NCBI GenBank assembly: GCA_015680685.1
Contig: MNCI01001817.1
Location: 295,798 to 359,797 of the forward strand
Reading direction: 5' to 3'
Length of the DNA stretch: 64,000 bases
Origin: Gnetum montanum
Lineage: Eukaryota; Plantae; Gnetophyta
The notes under the pieces are model-generated. The model saw only the letters and a list, made by a program, of their open reading frames with translations. It did not search any database and had not been told where the DNA came from. Of this stretch, positions 1 to 13,849 are shown piece by piece. Position numbers and translations under genes: made by a program. The number at the start of each line of letters is the position of its first letter. Within the stretch, counting starts at the first letter, position 1.

Positions 1-433
1 TGATAGAAATAATAAAGAGTAATAACTAGAAACATTAACTAAGGAAAAGAATAAACAATTAAGTAATTAAAAGCAAGAATAAATCTAAGTGGATGCTGCA
101 ATGATGAAAGTAATCTTGATTTTTATTGCTGGTCATGTAATGCGTCCAAGTACGTCCCACTCAAATAAGGATGCCACACAATCACTTAACATCACATTGT
201 AGGCATGCATTTGAAAGAAAACTAACAAAATTCTAACTACTTTGAAATCTATGAAAAATCTATCTAAAATCTATCTCCCAACCATGCACCCAAGTGTGGT
301 ATTTATAAGCTAGCATGGAAGGGGCAATATCGGATGCCTGACATCAAAGGTTATGCCCTGATGTCGAATACTTGACATCGTGGCTCCAATATCAGATATT
401 TGATATCTGAGCCATGCAAAACATGACTCATCA
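1..433 (-). mobile_element. Athila-type LTR, 5' portion (runs off window start)
   Basis: The reverse complement starts TGATGAGTCATG at 433, matching the LTR starts at 62886 (TGAGGAGTCATG) and 46366. RC of 90-210 aligns to 63110-63225 (gtacttggac...catgaccagcaataaa...gattact...catcattg). Minus-strand TATAAAT at 301-307. Confidence 0.8.
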
Positions 434-3400
434 ATATATTAGTTTTAATTTTTATTTTCAATGTCAAAATATTCTTTGTAAATCAATTTGAGATTTTATT
501 AGTTTGAAAAACATAAAAGATTCTCTCAAGTAAAATGATTACAAAAGGAAAATAATAATAATAAAATTTATTTGATAAGAATAACATGTTTTATTATTCA
601 ATAAAAGGATTTCACTTTAAGTTATAGTCAATTACAAGACTCAACAAACTCAACTCATTTCCTCAGTTTTCTCACTTATTCACTCTTTTGATCTTCATGG
701 CAATAAATGACAAGATTTTACCTAAGCTAGACTCCAAATCATCTCTATTCCCATCATTAAACATGTATCTATATAAAATATTTACACACTTCATTGGTAG
801 GGCCTTGTCAACAAACCCAAATTTTTGTAGGCTTATGGCAACACTTTTTACTAGAATGCAGTTTTAGCCTCTCATTACCAAAACTTCCAAATTGAAATCA
901 AAAGACTTTAAGTAATAAAATTGAATAAACAACATACATCCAAAACTCAATCATCTCACCCAAGGCTTTTCTATAATTATAACTAGATAAAGATCTTGAA
1001 ACTAAGCTTTTATTTATTCTTTTTATGTATTTTAATCCGTATCTTCCTTTGGTTTCTTTTCCCTATTAATTTTCCTAAATTGGACATCTTGAGTTCAATC
1101 CCTTGCTTTAACACCCCTTCCACATTGCTTATATTCACTTATTTTCCTTTAGGATTTTTTTCTTATTGGTTTTCTTGAATCATAGTTCTTAAATTTAATT
1201 CCTTGGTTTGATATCTCTTCCACCTTACTTACATTCCCTATCTTAAGTTTAATAGTGCATAACAATGTTAGAATAGATTTCTAATTTTTTTTATTTTTTA
1301 TAAATTATTAGGTGTTATGTGCTTGCTAAGTATATTTAAATTATGTATTTATCTTAATTTTTTGGGTTTTATTCTTATTTTTCTAACATTTGCATACTTC
1401 ATCTTTTCTTACTAGCATGATCTTATTTTATTTTCAATTCAAAAGATTATTTTATCATAAGATTTCTAATTTCATGCTATGCATTGATTTCTTTGATTTC
1501 ATGTGAAGAAGATCTTGAATTGGATACTTGATGTGGTAGCCATTTTTTTTATTTACTCTTACTTGGGTTTGAACTTAAGACTACATAAAAACTAATTGGA
1601 TGTTTTATTGTTTACATTTATTTTCAGTGGGCATGTTAATTTATATTTTTTATCTTTGGATTATTTCATCTTAATGCATGATTAGATATTTTACTTCTTT
1701 TTAGGTTTTGTTCTATCTCTTTCCCCCAAACTTAGGGTATCTCTTTTTCTAACACTAATGCATCTAAGTCTTGGAAGTTATAGGAGATGATCTGATTTGA
1801 GGTTTCGATACCAAAGATTTTACCTTATGCCCTTTCAAAGTGGAGATCTAGCCAAAATTATATCAAAAGAAGAGAGATCCATTACCTTAGAATTTATTTG
1901 GTGATTTTTTGATAGGGGTTTTAAAGCATCATTTGAATTGGTTTGTACAAGCATTGATTCTCTATTATTTTCCTTTGTATTATTTCTACATTTTATAGAT
2001 CTAAATCTTTAGGCTAATACACTAAATGTAATTTTCTCATATATTGGTTTTTTCTCTTTATGTGATATTGGCATGAATTAAATAATTAGTTCTAATTATA
2101 TTTTCATGAAAATCTAAGTTAGAGGATATTTTTTTAACTTATAATCTATCATGATGTGCTCATAAATCTAAATTTTCATGCTACTGGACAATAATTTCAT
2201 GGTTACCTCTCATTACTATTATTACTTTGCATAAATTAATCTTTTTCCTAAGGTTGATGGTACCATTTGAATTAATTATTTAAACCTCCTATTTAGGGTT
2301 CCTGATTTTAATAGAGTGAAACTTTAGGTTAAAACATCCAAACCACTAAGTTTTAGATCAAAACTCTGCACTTTTGGCAATGTACATGTAGGTGGTGAAG
2401 CTACTTTTCCTCTTATCATTTTGGAAGAACTCAAGTGATAATCAAAACAGTTTCATAACTCTCTTGTTTATCAATATTTTTAGTTTTTTTTTTTCTTTTT
2501 GAGGATTCATATTATTAGGAACATATAAAATTTTAGAATTATAATCCTAGTATTCGAGGAGTCATGTTTAGGGGAATTTAGGTAACAAAATTTGTTGGAT
2601 TTTTGATAGCTTAAAAAGATCTAGACATAACTTCAATTTTTGAATAGTTTTGAGTTAAATTTATATATTTAAAACATATTTACCAACTCCTTGTAGATTG
2701 TGAGACATATTTGTTTTTTATAAGACTTCCTAAAGTGTCATTTTTTCATTAATTATCCCTATCAACTTAAATGTAGAATGTTAATCAATTTTCCAAGGGC
2801 ATATCCAACATGCAAATCAATAATCATGATATTTATACATGTTGAACCTTGTATGAAAATATTGAACATTAAAATATAATGTTTGATGCTTACCAACCTA
2901 AAGGAGGAAGTGTTAAGGTTCATATCAACTTAGTGAATGGGGAAGAAAACACTGATGAATATAAGTTGATAAATTGTCAATCATATTTGAGTATGGCATA
3001 AATGTTAAACTAAAGAAAATATGTGGGCTATTTTTTGTTCATGCTTGTGTTTTTTGCTCCACCTTATGCCAACTTATAAAAGCAATCTAAAGATGAATCA
3101 CCAGTAATACATTGATTTACGAATAATTTACTATCATTGTTTATTATCTGATACTAACCTTCTTGTGTAGTCTTAACTAATCTCATCCCACAACTATTGA
3201 TTATTGCAATCATAGTAAAGCATATCATGAGCTTACAAATTCATTGTGGATAGGAAAAAAGCACTTTACAAATATGTCATATATAGGCAATGGATTGGGT
3301 ACTTCTTATATCTATGTATTTGCCATAGATATGTAGTAGGTCATTACATATAAGTTTCTTAAGTTTGCAGATTTATCATACTAAGCAGTGAGCTAGTTAT

Positions 3401-4306
3401 CTCATCATTCTATATCATGTGGTTTTCATTTGACTAACAATTTTTTGCCAACTATGTGTTCTTATCTATATAAAAATAGTAGTAGTAGTAGTAATGCTAT
3501 TTGATTATTCTTTTTAGAATAATTTTGATGTGCTAAGATCCTTTTGGTTCTAATGTTAGTATCATAACTTAGACCTAGTGCCACACCAAGATTTATCAGA
3601 GAATTTATGCTTCCATAGATCATGATGTTTTTACCCTACTTGTTGTGGATTGACCTCTTGTACCTTGTGTGTAGAGTGCATAGAATAAGCAAATGATAGT
3701 TAGAGTAGCATTTGGTTATGTGTTTAAGTAGGATTGATTTTTCATTCATTCTTCTAGAATTTATATTTTATTTTATTTATTCTTCCTCATTTGACAAGGC
3801 AACTGACATGCTTTAATTTTAACATTATGTTTTGTATTGGAAAAACATAAGTTGATGATTTACATTTAAAACTTGCGCTTATTTAGTTGAAATTTAATTC
3901 TGGTGATCTTAATTTGTTAGTAAGGATATTTGATATTGGACTTTTATCATTTCACATTTATATTATTCACACTTTATTTTTTGTTGAAATTTTTGAATCC
4001 TAACTAATTAAAGTATCATTGATGTTTTTGTTAAATTAATACCATATTTATCAGTTAAAATATGATTATGAGTTGTCTTCATAGCTATACTCCTAGTGGT
4101 TCTTAATATGTACAGTTAAGAATACTCAAGGCACATGATGATGTTGTTATGCCTAAATATAAACAAATTAATTAATTTATCTAGTTAACAAGAAATGAAA
4201 ATCCTACCTTAGTTTAAGCGATGAGTGTCAAATCTTTAATTGGCTATTTACAATCTAAACTAGTGTATTTGTTACTATAATTATCAAGCAATATTCTATT
4301 GGGTGT

Positions 4307-6560
4307 TGTAACATTCTCCCTTATACCCTTGGGTTAGAAAGAATTATGTTGGGTATAGAAACCCTAACAAATGATTGGTGATGGGAGAGAAATTGAAAAT
4401 CGAAATGAATTAACACAACAATAAAGAAATGAAAGGAAACTTATGGTAAAGCCATGATCGAAAGGAGAAAGAAGAGACTATAATAGTGAAAGAAAAAGAA
4501 ATATAATTAATTAATAAAAATATATATACATATAAATATAAGGCTAGAAGCTGAAATTAACTAAAAATAGATAAAATATCATGAATATGAAAATTTAAAA
4601 GTACTTATTAAAATTTAGAGATACTAGAATATGTTTAGCCAAATATAAATCCATAATCCAAATACATGAGACATGAAATAAGGAATAATCTGATACATGT
4701 CTAGCATGTCTTAAATATGTTATAGGATAAAAGACTAAATCTATAAAATGAAATATGAAATCCAATTAGTAATAAACATCCAAGTATCCTCCATCTAGTG
4801 TTCATGACTTGTAAGGAGGGGGAGGGGGTGTTTGTGTTGGGGTGGGTTGTGGGGGAGTGGGCAGGTAGTGGGTTGTGGAGGAGGTGGGGATTTGTATAAA
4901 CTAAGTGAGAAACTTTGGTACCTTCTTTGGCTATATTGAGAATAAGTCTCATGGTGGTTAGGTGAATGCATGTAGACTTGCAAAACATGTTAATGTGCAC
5001 AACAATATAAACATCCAAGAGCACACATCATACATTAATTTAAACACCAAAAAATCTAATTAAACTAAACCATCCACCCTACTAATCAACTTGCAAATAA
5101 GAAGGCTAGCATGCATCACCCTCAATTTCAAATGTGCAAATTTGTTATCATGTATACTTGTCCAAATTCACAAATGCTACATGCTAAACCAAGTGTCAAA
5201 CTATCATGCATATGAATTTAATTATTAGTCTCAAATCAAATTACTAGTGCTAGAGACATTACCTAGGACTCACCTTTAACATTTTAAAGACATTAAATAA
5301 AAAGGAAAAATAAATGATGGATCACCTTCTTTTGTATGATGAGACCTATAATGAAAGTGATATTGATGCATCTTGGGAGGGGGGGTGGTGTGTGCGGGGG
5401 GTGGTCCAATATCAAAAATTTCCAGGAAGTTCATCTTCAACATGCAATATAACTTAGTGTTAGCTCCTAACAACCAACATTCATATAGGTATCCAAATAA
5501 GGCAAACCAAACATTGATGGTGGAGGAATTCAAATAGCATCCACCTTGTACAAATTATCCACAAGGATCATTAATTAACTAAGCCCAAGTCTAACAAACT
5601 GAGTTAAATGAGGGATAAAAGATGACAAACTAAGCTTTGGTGGTAGGAGGGATTAAGAATGGAAAAATTGAGATACCTTGACCTAACCACAACTTCGCCT
5701 AATTTGTGATGGCTAACTATGACTCAACCATGACTTGCACATGACTCATGATATTTATAGAATATCCACTAGCAAAAGTTATGATAAAACTCATTGACCA
5801 TGATCTAGCCATGATCCATGGTGGATAGATCACAAATTGACCATCATTTGTGGTAGCGCAGAAAGATAAAAAGTGATGCTAGATAGAAAAATGGTGAAGG
5901 TAAAGTACAACATGACCTCATAACAATTTGTTCTTGATAGAAAAACTTGAAAAATAGTGTAGATTATTGAAAATAATAAGAAAGAATCGATCATGACATC
6001 ATCATTACTCATGATAAATGATCATGACTTGACTATGACATGTGGTATTATAGGTTTATAAAATAGAAATTTTAAAAATGCATAGACTAGCTAAAGATCA
6101 ACCATAATCATACCATGAGTTGTGATAAATGATCATGACTTGACCAAGACTTCTTGTTAATGCTAACAACAACATCACAACTTGTTGTTATGATACAAAT
6201 TTTAGAATAAGGGTCAAAACAACAAAATGAAATTAGCAAACATTCAACAATCATCAAGGGACACTAATGACATAGATGACAAGATCTAGCAAGCTTAATT
6301 AACTTAGAAAAATGGGGGAAAATTTGCCAATGAGATAATGATATGAAGATGGGGTTCAAACCCTTAGAAAATTGCTAAAAATTCACAAAACCTTGAAGAC
6401 TTGAAATCTTACAAAATGGCTAAAACCCAATAACCTAAAATGTATGTGGTAGTATCAGAACATTAGATGAATGAGTAATATCCATGTCCTAATCACTTGC
6501 TTGAATAATTCTTATGGAACCCTTGAAATTTAAAATTGACAAATTACATATAATGATGAA
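4307..6560 (-). mobile_element. Tekay/Del-like Ty3 LTR, truncated copy
   Basis: Begins TGTAACATTC. Colinear with 15860-16220 plus 27553-29390 and with 34298-35660 (shared blocks such as ttatcatgtatacttgtccaa and aaactatcatg). Confidence 0.75.
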
Positions 6561-6649
6561 ATTGAAAAGAAAAGAAACTTTGAATAAAAAGAAGGAGAAA
6601 TGAGAGAAGAGGTGATGGAAAGAAAAATGTACTTTCAAGATTATTAGTC

Positions 6650-7750
6650 ATATAAATTAGTATGTTTACTATCAAAATTGATCTCATAGTTACTCACATC
6701 AAGATAAAACTAGTGGTTGAACCTTCGCTTATGCAAAATTTTCTCATGTTCAACCTATGGCCTAGATCATTTGACTTCTCATAATGTTGTAGTCTAAGAT
6801 AATCCCTTACTCATCACTACCCATGGCCATGAAGGCCTAGAAGTCTCTTTTTTCATAAATCTTGGTAATGCTAATTACTCCTTCAAACCACATCTATAAT
6901 CATTTGTTCTACGAGTTAGCAATCTTCATCCTTCATCCAAGCACTAACTAGATTCAAACTTAAAAATTCCTATCTTAATAATCATGGCATTGTGCTCTTG
7001 TGGGGATGTTGATTCTGTTAGAATAACTAACGAGATCATGAGAGGTTTTTTATAGAGAAAAATTTAGGGAGCCTACCATGCATACATGCATGAATGTTGG
7101 AAAGCTAAACCAAAATCTTAACTTCTAGATGTTCAATGATACATTATCTTGGTTTGTTCTACATCAATGGTTAGACTATAGAATAATCAAGGCTAGATGA
7201 TGCTGAATGTGGTTGGTGTGATTTGGCACTTGGAAGGGAGATTTGAAGATCAATCCCTATTTTATGTATGAGTAGAAATTAAAAGATTCTACAATGGATC
7301 TCTTGTGGAGTGTAGGATATACTCATGTGCTTCATGAGAAAATTAAATGGTTGGCTAGGGATCAAGTGATATTACACTCTCATCCTCTCTCTCTCACATC
7401 CTTTAGTCATTCTCCATATCCTCTATTCCATTTTTTCATTATTGTATGTATTAGGAGGTCAATAAAGTAAAGAAAAGGATGAGATTTAATCATCTAAGGG
7501 TATGGACTCATGTTTAATACTAATTTCTTACTGGTTGTTAGGAATCCACATGTGTATCAACAACAGATGTCAAAAGGACTATGAAGGTAAATGCCTACTC
7601 TGGGAAGGATCCACTTATGAATCCTTGGTATCTTGACATCATATGTAAGTGAGCTAATGCTTATCTCATAGTGATGGTAAGAGTTACATTCCATATAATA
7701 CTTGAATGATCTTCTACTTATGTGAACTTCGAATCTTTAAGCTTTAAGGT
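6650..7750 (+). pseudogene. Degenerate ORF of unknown function (ORF-X), about 350 codons
   Basis: Peptides conserved with the second copy: NVVV*DNPLLITTHGHEGLEVSFFINLGN vs NVIVQDNLLLIPTDGHEDLEVSFLVNFGN; MRGFL*RKI*GAYHAYMH vs MRGFL*RNIWGAYYAYIH; HEKIKWLARDQVILH vs HELIEWLARDLVMLH; AYSGKDPLMNPWYL vs AYYGKDQLVNLWWL. Boundaries approximate. Confidence 0.6.
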
Positions 7751-8158
7751 TTGACCATCATAAACTCTATTAATTCACATTAATTGTGGATATATTTCAT
7801 TATTTTTGATGCTATAATCATTCTCCTATTACTCTAATCCCTATTTTCTAGTTTTGGATTCATGGAAATGAATATATTGATCCATTGACTCATTTCCCTT
7901 GACTTGTGATAATTCAACATATGTTTATAAAGCTTTTGTTATCTTGCTTCTTGTCCACCTAGTAAGTTCAATTCATGGTGATTTTGGTGAGTGGTGGACC
8001 TTGTACCATACTTTAACAGTCACAAAAGGTAAGTTAAAGACATTGTGGATGAATTTGAACATTCATCCCTTATTTAGAAAGGTGCATTTACATACCCCTA
8101 CATTAGCACAAGGACATTGATGCCCTTGATCATTGCACTCACCTATGCTAGTGATCCA

Positions 8159-8167
8159 CTATATAAG
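8159..8167 (+). promoter_or_regulatory. Putative TATA box for the downstream accessory ORF
   Basis: CTATATAAG about 500 bp upstream of the ORF at ~8660, with a TTGTAG acceptor-like site at 8635-8640. Same layout as 55005/55464. Confidence 0.35.
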
Positions 8168-8659
8168 ATGGGGAGGGAGGGCTCCCAAACACTTATCCTA
8201 TTTCGTCATTTTGTTTTTTCTTTCTTTTCTTACCTTCGTTGATATAAACAAGTGAAAATCTATCATATTTTTCACCTTATGGACAAATTGGTAGTATTTT
8301 TACATGCATTCTTCTTGCATCTTCCTGTCCTTGGTATCTTAGCTATGGTTCAATCTTAGTATCTTGTAACTTAGTCATGAGGAAGAGACACCACTTGGAT
8401 ATATACCTTTAATGTATTTGGCAGTTATTTAGATATTTCTACCTTATTCATACTTACCCATGCATACCATAATTCAATAGTTATGATGATGTTTTTTCAA
8501 GTATTTTCCAGGAGTTGTATTTATTATTATTTTTATGCATAATTTTTGTAATGATAGTATGATGCCTAGGAAAAATCACTTGAGTGTTTGCAGATTTTAT
8601 AGCTAATCATGTTGGGATGATTGTGATCTAAGCTTTGTAGTCCAAGGAGGACCGAGGTT

Positions 8660-11150
8660 GAAAAATGTTAGGTCTTTGTTTGTGAACCTTTGTGTGAACT
8701 ACTAGTTCTTGAGAAGGAAGAGGGGAAAGAACTTAGATATTCCAATCTAGAGCCTAAAGGTCCTATCTTAGAAAGGCCTCCACTCAGATGAATATTAGGA
8801 AGTAAGCAGTCATGTTCTTGATCTTTGAGTGAAGCACATGTACAACAACAAGCAATTGAACAAGTATTAGAGGAGATGGCAAAAAATGATGAAGAGGATG
8901 CTAATGACATCCAAGAGGGTATGAATTCTTATGATGTATGGTAGTGATTTATTCATGAAGATAAAAACTATCATAAGTTCTTAGAGCTTAGTTCTATTGA
9001 GCTCAAGGAGTCTCTATAGTAAATAGGCTTCTATGATTATACCATCTAATCCTTCATATGATACTACTATGAGGTAGCAGAATTCTACCAGAATCTTGCT
9101 ATTGATTGTTCCATGAATTTGGTTGGTGGAGTTCTTGTGTTGATTTCTATATCAAAAATCTAAAGGGCTATAGGATTTCCAAATGAACTAGCAAATAATT
9201 AGTGGCCATGGACCTAAAAGATTGAGCCCAAGCTCAAGTTGAAGGCTATGCTAGAGGCCTTTGATATGGAAAAGGATAAGGTTTATAAGGTTCCCATGGT
9301 TTAAAATTCCATGCGCAAAATCATCACCTACAAATTTATGCCCACCAAATGATCATTGGATATATCTACTTTGGTAAATAAGGCTATGGGCATGATGAGA
9401 AAGAAGGGTGCCATTAATATCTTATATTTTCTCTACAAGGCTCTAATAAAAAAAATTAAGATATGTCTAGAAGAGAGGAAGGTCTAATCCTTTTCAAGGT
9501 TAATTTGAAAACTCTACAAAATGGCAGGCATAGTTAACCATGTGAGAAGACATCCCACATTAGTAGAAATGCTAACTAGGAAAATGTGATGATGGTTGCT
9601 CCATGATAATGTCTTGAGGTCATTGGAACTATACCTAACTTAGAGGATGAGATGCCCTCCATAGAGGTGTCTCCTATCCAAGCTTCAGGCTAACTCCACT
9701 AGTTCTAATTAAAAGTCCTAAATACATCTCAATTATATCAAAGAACATAAGTGCAATGGCCTAGCAAATCCATTACCCGACCTCCTAGTTTCAGTGTTAG
9801 ATAAAGCTAGGAACCTATTCTTGGTGATGATTCTTGGCCTATAATGTACAAAAAAGTTGAGTGGAAAGCTTCCATAATGAACATTTAAGGTTCACAAGAC
9901 CTTGGTAACAATTTCTTTCAAATGATGGAGGCCATTGTGGATGGCAAAGTAATAAATAAGAACATCTTCTAGTTCCCTCATCCATTACTAGATGATCCAT
10001 CCATGACACATTTTTATGTCCATTTTTAGTATTATGCTCATCCACCTTCATGGATTATTTTCTCATTACATGAATCAAGGAGTAGCATGCATAACATCTA
10101 GCATGTGACTAAAGTCCTCTAGGAACCTACTAATCAACCTAGGACTAGCTATTGGATGGAGGAGAAATAGAGAGTTGATCTTAGTATTGAGTTAATATTG
10201 AGAAATATTAATAGTATAATTAAGACTAAACTTTTTAAGGTACAAGCTAAGTTGGAAATCGCTAATGCTGCTAGAACATTCTATTTGTAGGAGTAGTAGA
10301 GAAGCCAAGCCAAGGTATGATGGTTGGATGAATAATTGGAACATCTCATACCATTAGTACATGCACCTTGGAGGCGTGGATTAAACACCTATAGGCTAAA
10401 CTATACTAGATACACTTGGTTGGTGAAAAAGCTATGTTTATGAAAGATGGCTTGGAGTAGCAAATTAGAATGTTAAAGCATTAGTCCTAAGAATGAGAAA
10501 GGATGAGCCAAGAAAATGAGAAGCAAGTACTTTTTCCTTTTCTTCAAGAGTGAAGGTTACAGGATAAAAGTAAAATCATGATCTAATTTTAGAACAAGTA
10601 CCTTCACACTGAAAAGGTGCTGGAACTTATGGAAAGAGTTGGTAAATAGGATGATAAAAAAAACCAATGAGATTAGAAATATTCATATGATTAAGTAGTA
10701 AACATAGGATGTCAAGGTACATAGGCTACAAAAACTTGGAGCTTTGTTGAATAAATGAATAATTGAGAAGAGGAATGAGATGGAGAAATTTGACACCTTG
10801 CATACCAAACTCTAGAAAATGATAGAAAGTGAATTAATACTATAGGAGAAAATGAATCTTTTGGAAAAAAAAGTACATTTTCACCACAAAGTAGCTATCA
10901 TTGTCCTTAAGAAAAGATTCAAGTAATTTGAAGAGAACATGCAAGAGAAATGAAGGAGGTATCTTTATATGATCAAAACTTCTATAGGTCAACCATACAT
11001 AAAGTTAGAAGAGAAACTCCATTAAGTAGCAGTCAAACTAGACATAGTCTAGTGTGAGCTCTTGGAAGAGAAAAGGAGTCATGAATAGTTCTAGGCTAAT
11101 GCTAAGGAATGATAACACACTCCTACTAGAGTAGGAACTAATGCATGAAT
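8660..11150 (+). pseudogene. Athila env-like / putative plant transposon protein (PF20167-like) + coiled-coil, degenerate
   Basis: Motifs YYEVAEFYQNL (~9065), I*RAIGFPN (~9160) and PFSRLI*KLYKMAGI (~9490), which match the EFY.NL / ALGLP / LPFPSLIT.LC..AGV pattern, followed by a long E/K-rich heptad-like stretch. Confidence 0.6.
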
Positions 11151-12700
11151 AAAACTGACAACTTCGAGCAAGGGTGATAGACTTGAAAGTACAATTGTAA
11201 AGATTTCATGTGTTTGCATCTTACTCTAATTTCTTTTCATTCCAAGTAGGCACATTGGGGGGATCTTTCTCTCAACCACCACCCCCTTACACCTCTTAAT
11301 GATGTGGCTTGTACTCTATTGAAATGTAGTCATTGTTTGTCCATCTATTTGGTTGTATTCCTTTGCATTGATCCTATTATATTTCTAGTTATAATCTTGT
11401 ATTTTTGGCATTAAAGTTATGAAACTAGATTTATTTAGTCATGTAGGTATGATGATTTATCCAGTGACATTTTGTAAGTTAACTGTAAATCCTAGATTTG
11501 AGATTTGCGTCAGGTACCCTATGTTTATTATTTTTGCACATATGGTTGAGATTTCTTTCTTCAAGGTTTTCTTCCTAGCCTTTTACTTCATACTTGTAGG
11601 TTTGGTATATATTTTGGGCTTTTTGAGAAGTTTTTAACATTGTTTGGAGACCCTCAAAAGGTGTTGACATGTTCCTTGACATCCTAGCTTTCATCCAAGA
11701 AAAAGAAGACAAAGTATTGGGGACAAGAATATGCTAACTTGATAGCACTAGTACATCCCTTGTGTTAGTGCAAGGGTACTTACACATCCCTCTTAATACC
11801 CTAGTCTCACTATCTTTTTTTCTCATCCATTTCTAGTATGTAATAGGAAGTATCAACTACATTAATAGGCCTTAGTTGGTGCCAGGATGTTAGCAAATCC
11901 TTGTCATTATGTTGCAAAACTATAAATATCTGGGGTGAGCTTTATATGAAACAAAGTTGATTCCAAGTATTTTTCTTTGGTTTTTGCATTCAGTTTCATG
12001 TGAAAATATCTTCCTCCCTTGAGTAAATGATTACCTCCCTATTTTGTCAATGTTTTAAGTCATCACTTTCATATGTGTGGTTAGATTCTATTATAGTACT
12101 ACCTTGCTTACATAGCTCAAAACTATTTGGTCGATGTGGACTTTAGTATTTGTGCAATGAATAAAGCTTATGATATTATCTCATTTTTTACACCATTAAT
12201 GCCTTAAATACTAAAATACCAAAAACATTATAAAACATTAAAATCATAAAAAATGTTTATTTATTTCTCATTTTCATAAGCTATGAGTATTCAACCTTAA
12301 CTAAGAAGGTTATAACTATATGGCATGTTGTTAGTCCATTGAGGTTATGACTAAGAGCTATCTTATTTACATTTGTGTATTTGTATGTAGTATTGTACAT
12401 ATCCCCTTCAGGGATTACAACAAAAGCATTGCCCTTATTCATAGGTGTGATTGAAATACATGTGTTTATTACTTATTTTCTTAAAGATAAAATCCATAAA
12501 AATATAAAACATAAAATTATAAATATTTCATTAATCTCTTATGGTGGCAACATAGATTATAATTGTACCATATGTATCATATGTAGTATAGTAGCTTTTA
12601 TATTTTTTGAAAATAACGATATATGTAAGTATTCTTTGTAATTCACTCAACATCATCCTCCAATTTTATGTCCAAATTACACTACAATTTATATGTTAAA

Positions 12701-13804
12701 TGTTAACTTTTTGGTATGTCAAAACATTGAAAATGAAGAATGTATTAAATTGTCTCATGAGATCTTGCAAGCCTAAGGAAGCTAAGTTTGAAACATTATT
12801 GAGACCAAAAAAAGAGCAATAATGGATAATTTGAAATGATGGAGTTTAGCAGAAGATATAAAGAATCAAAGAAAGATCATGAGAATAGGAAACATCCCAA
12901 GGCAAGGGAAAATATCTTGTACGATATCAAGATGTCTCTTGCTCCTAGAAGACATCTTAATTGAGAAGGTTTGATTTTGGAAAAGATGTCTCCCTAAAAT
13001 AGGAGTTTTTTCCATTAGAGATAAGATATCTTGTCCTAAGACAAACATCTCTCACAAGATGTCTTGTGTTTCCAAAATACATCTCCTCTAAGACATTTTG
13101 AATTCCAAAAATATGTCTCCTCTAAAATATGTCTCCTCTAAGATGTCTTACACTAACATAATATGTCTCCCCTACAAGGTATCAATAACTATGAGATATC
13201 TCAGGCCTCACAAAATATGAATCAATTAGCTGTTTCTAGTTGTTGTAGGCATGCCAACAAGCAAATGGAGGAGAAAAAAGCTATAAAAGAAAGATAATCT
13301 TAAAGGGAAATTTTAAGTCTTTGACAAGAAATTAAGAAAGAAAATGTATACATCTTTTTGTGAGTTTAAAAACCTTAATTCTCTATCATTTGTTGTATTT
13401 TTTTGTGTGCCTTAATGTAAGGAATCTAAAGTTTTGTTCATTTTTTCCTTGATTTTCTTTTTCTTATTGTAAGCATTGAGGGGTTGGATGTTGATTGCCC
13501 TATGGGATTGATGTGCATCTTACGCAAAGACATCAATTGTAAAGGCTTATAACTTATTGGGACCTTGAGGGGTTGGATGTGTTTTTGAGAGAGAACATCC
13601 CTTATAGAACTATAGAGCTTTCCTTGTAAAGGTTATGGTCCTATTAAAATCACATTTTTAAAGATCAAAGTCTAGAGGTATGCAAGGATTGTACCCTCTA
13701 AGTGTGGATGTACCTAAGTTAGGGAACCATGTAAATTAGCTATGTAAGAATTGGGTATTATTGTCTTGAACTTATTCAACTCCCCTCTAATTTTTCAATT
13801 TTTA
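12701..13804 (+). mobile_element. SIRE-like Ty1/copia solo LTR
   Basis: Starts TGTTAACTTTTTGGTATGTCAAAAC like 16221/38485/41427. Has the AGATGTCT/AGACATCT array and aligns at its 3' end to the end at 27547. Flanks TTAAA/ATAAA (4/5 TSD). Confidence 0.8.
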
Positions 13805-13849
13805 ATAAATTCCATTGGCTCAAAACCAACACGATCCATATTAGAGCTT

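Larger units (their letters stand above)
6570..13842 (+). mobile_element. Athila-like retrotransposon 3' region (two accessory ORFs + 3' end), no pol visible
   Basis: Colinear with RC of 35662-43100. Contains an env-like/plant-transposon-protein ORF. The right end ...caaaaccaacacgatccatatta matches the other copy's ...caaaactagacagacccttatca (LTR-like TATCA end). Interrupted by the solo LTR at 12701-13804. Confidence 0.6.

Noticed and set aside
434-4300. Possible further LTR/Athila 3' fragments (e.g. ttgtcaaca ~812, cccccaaacttag ~1723)
   Set aside because: Probably decayed TE, but I could not find partner ends, TSDs or protein motifs to support a call.
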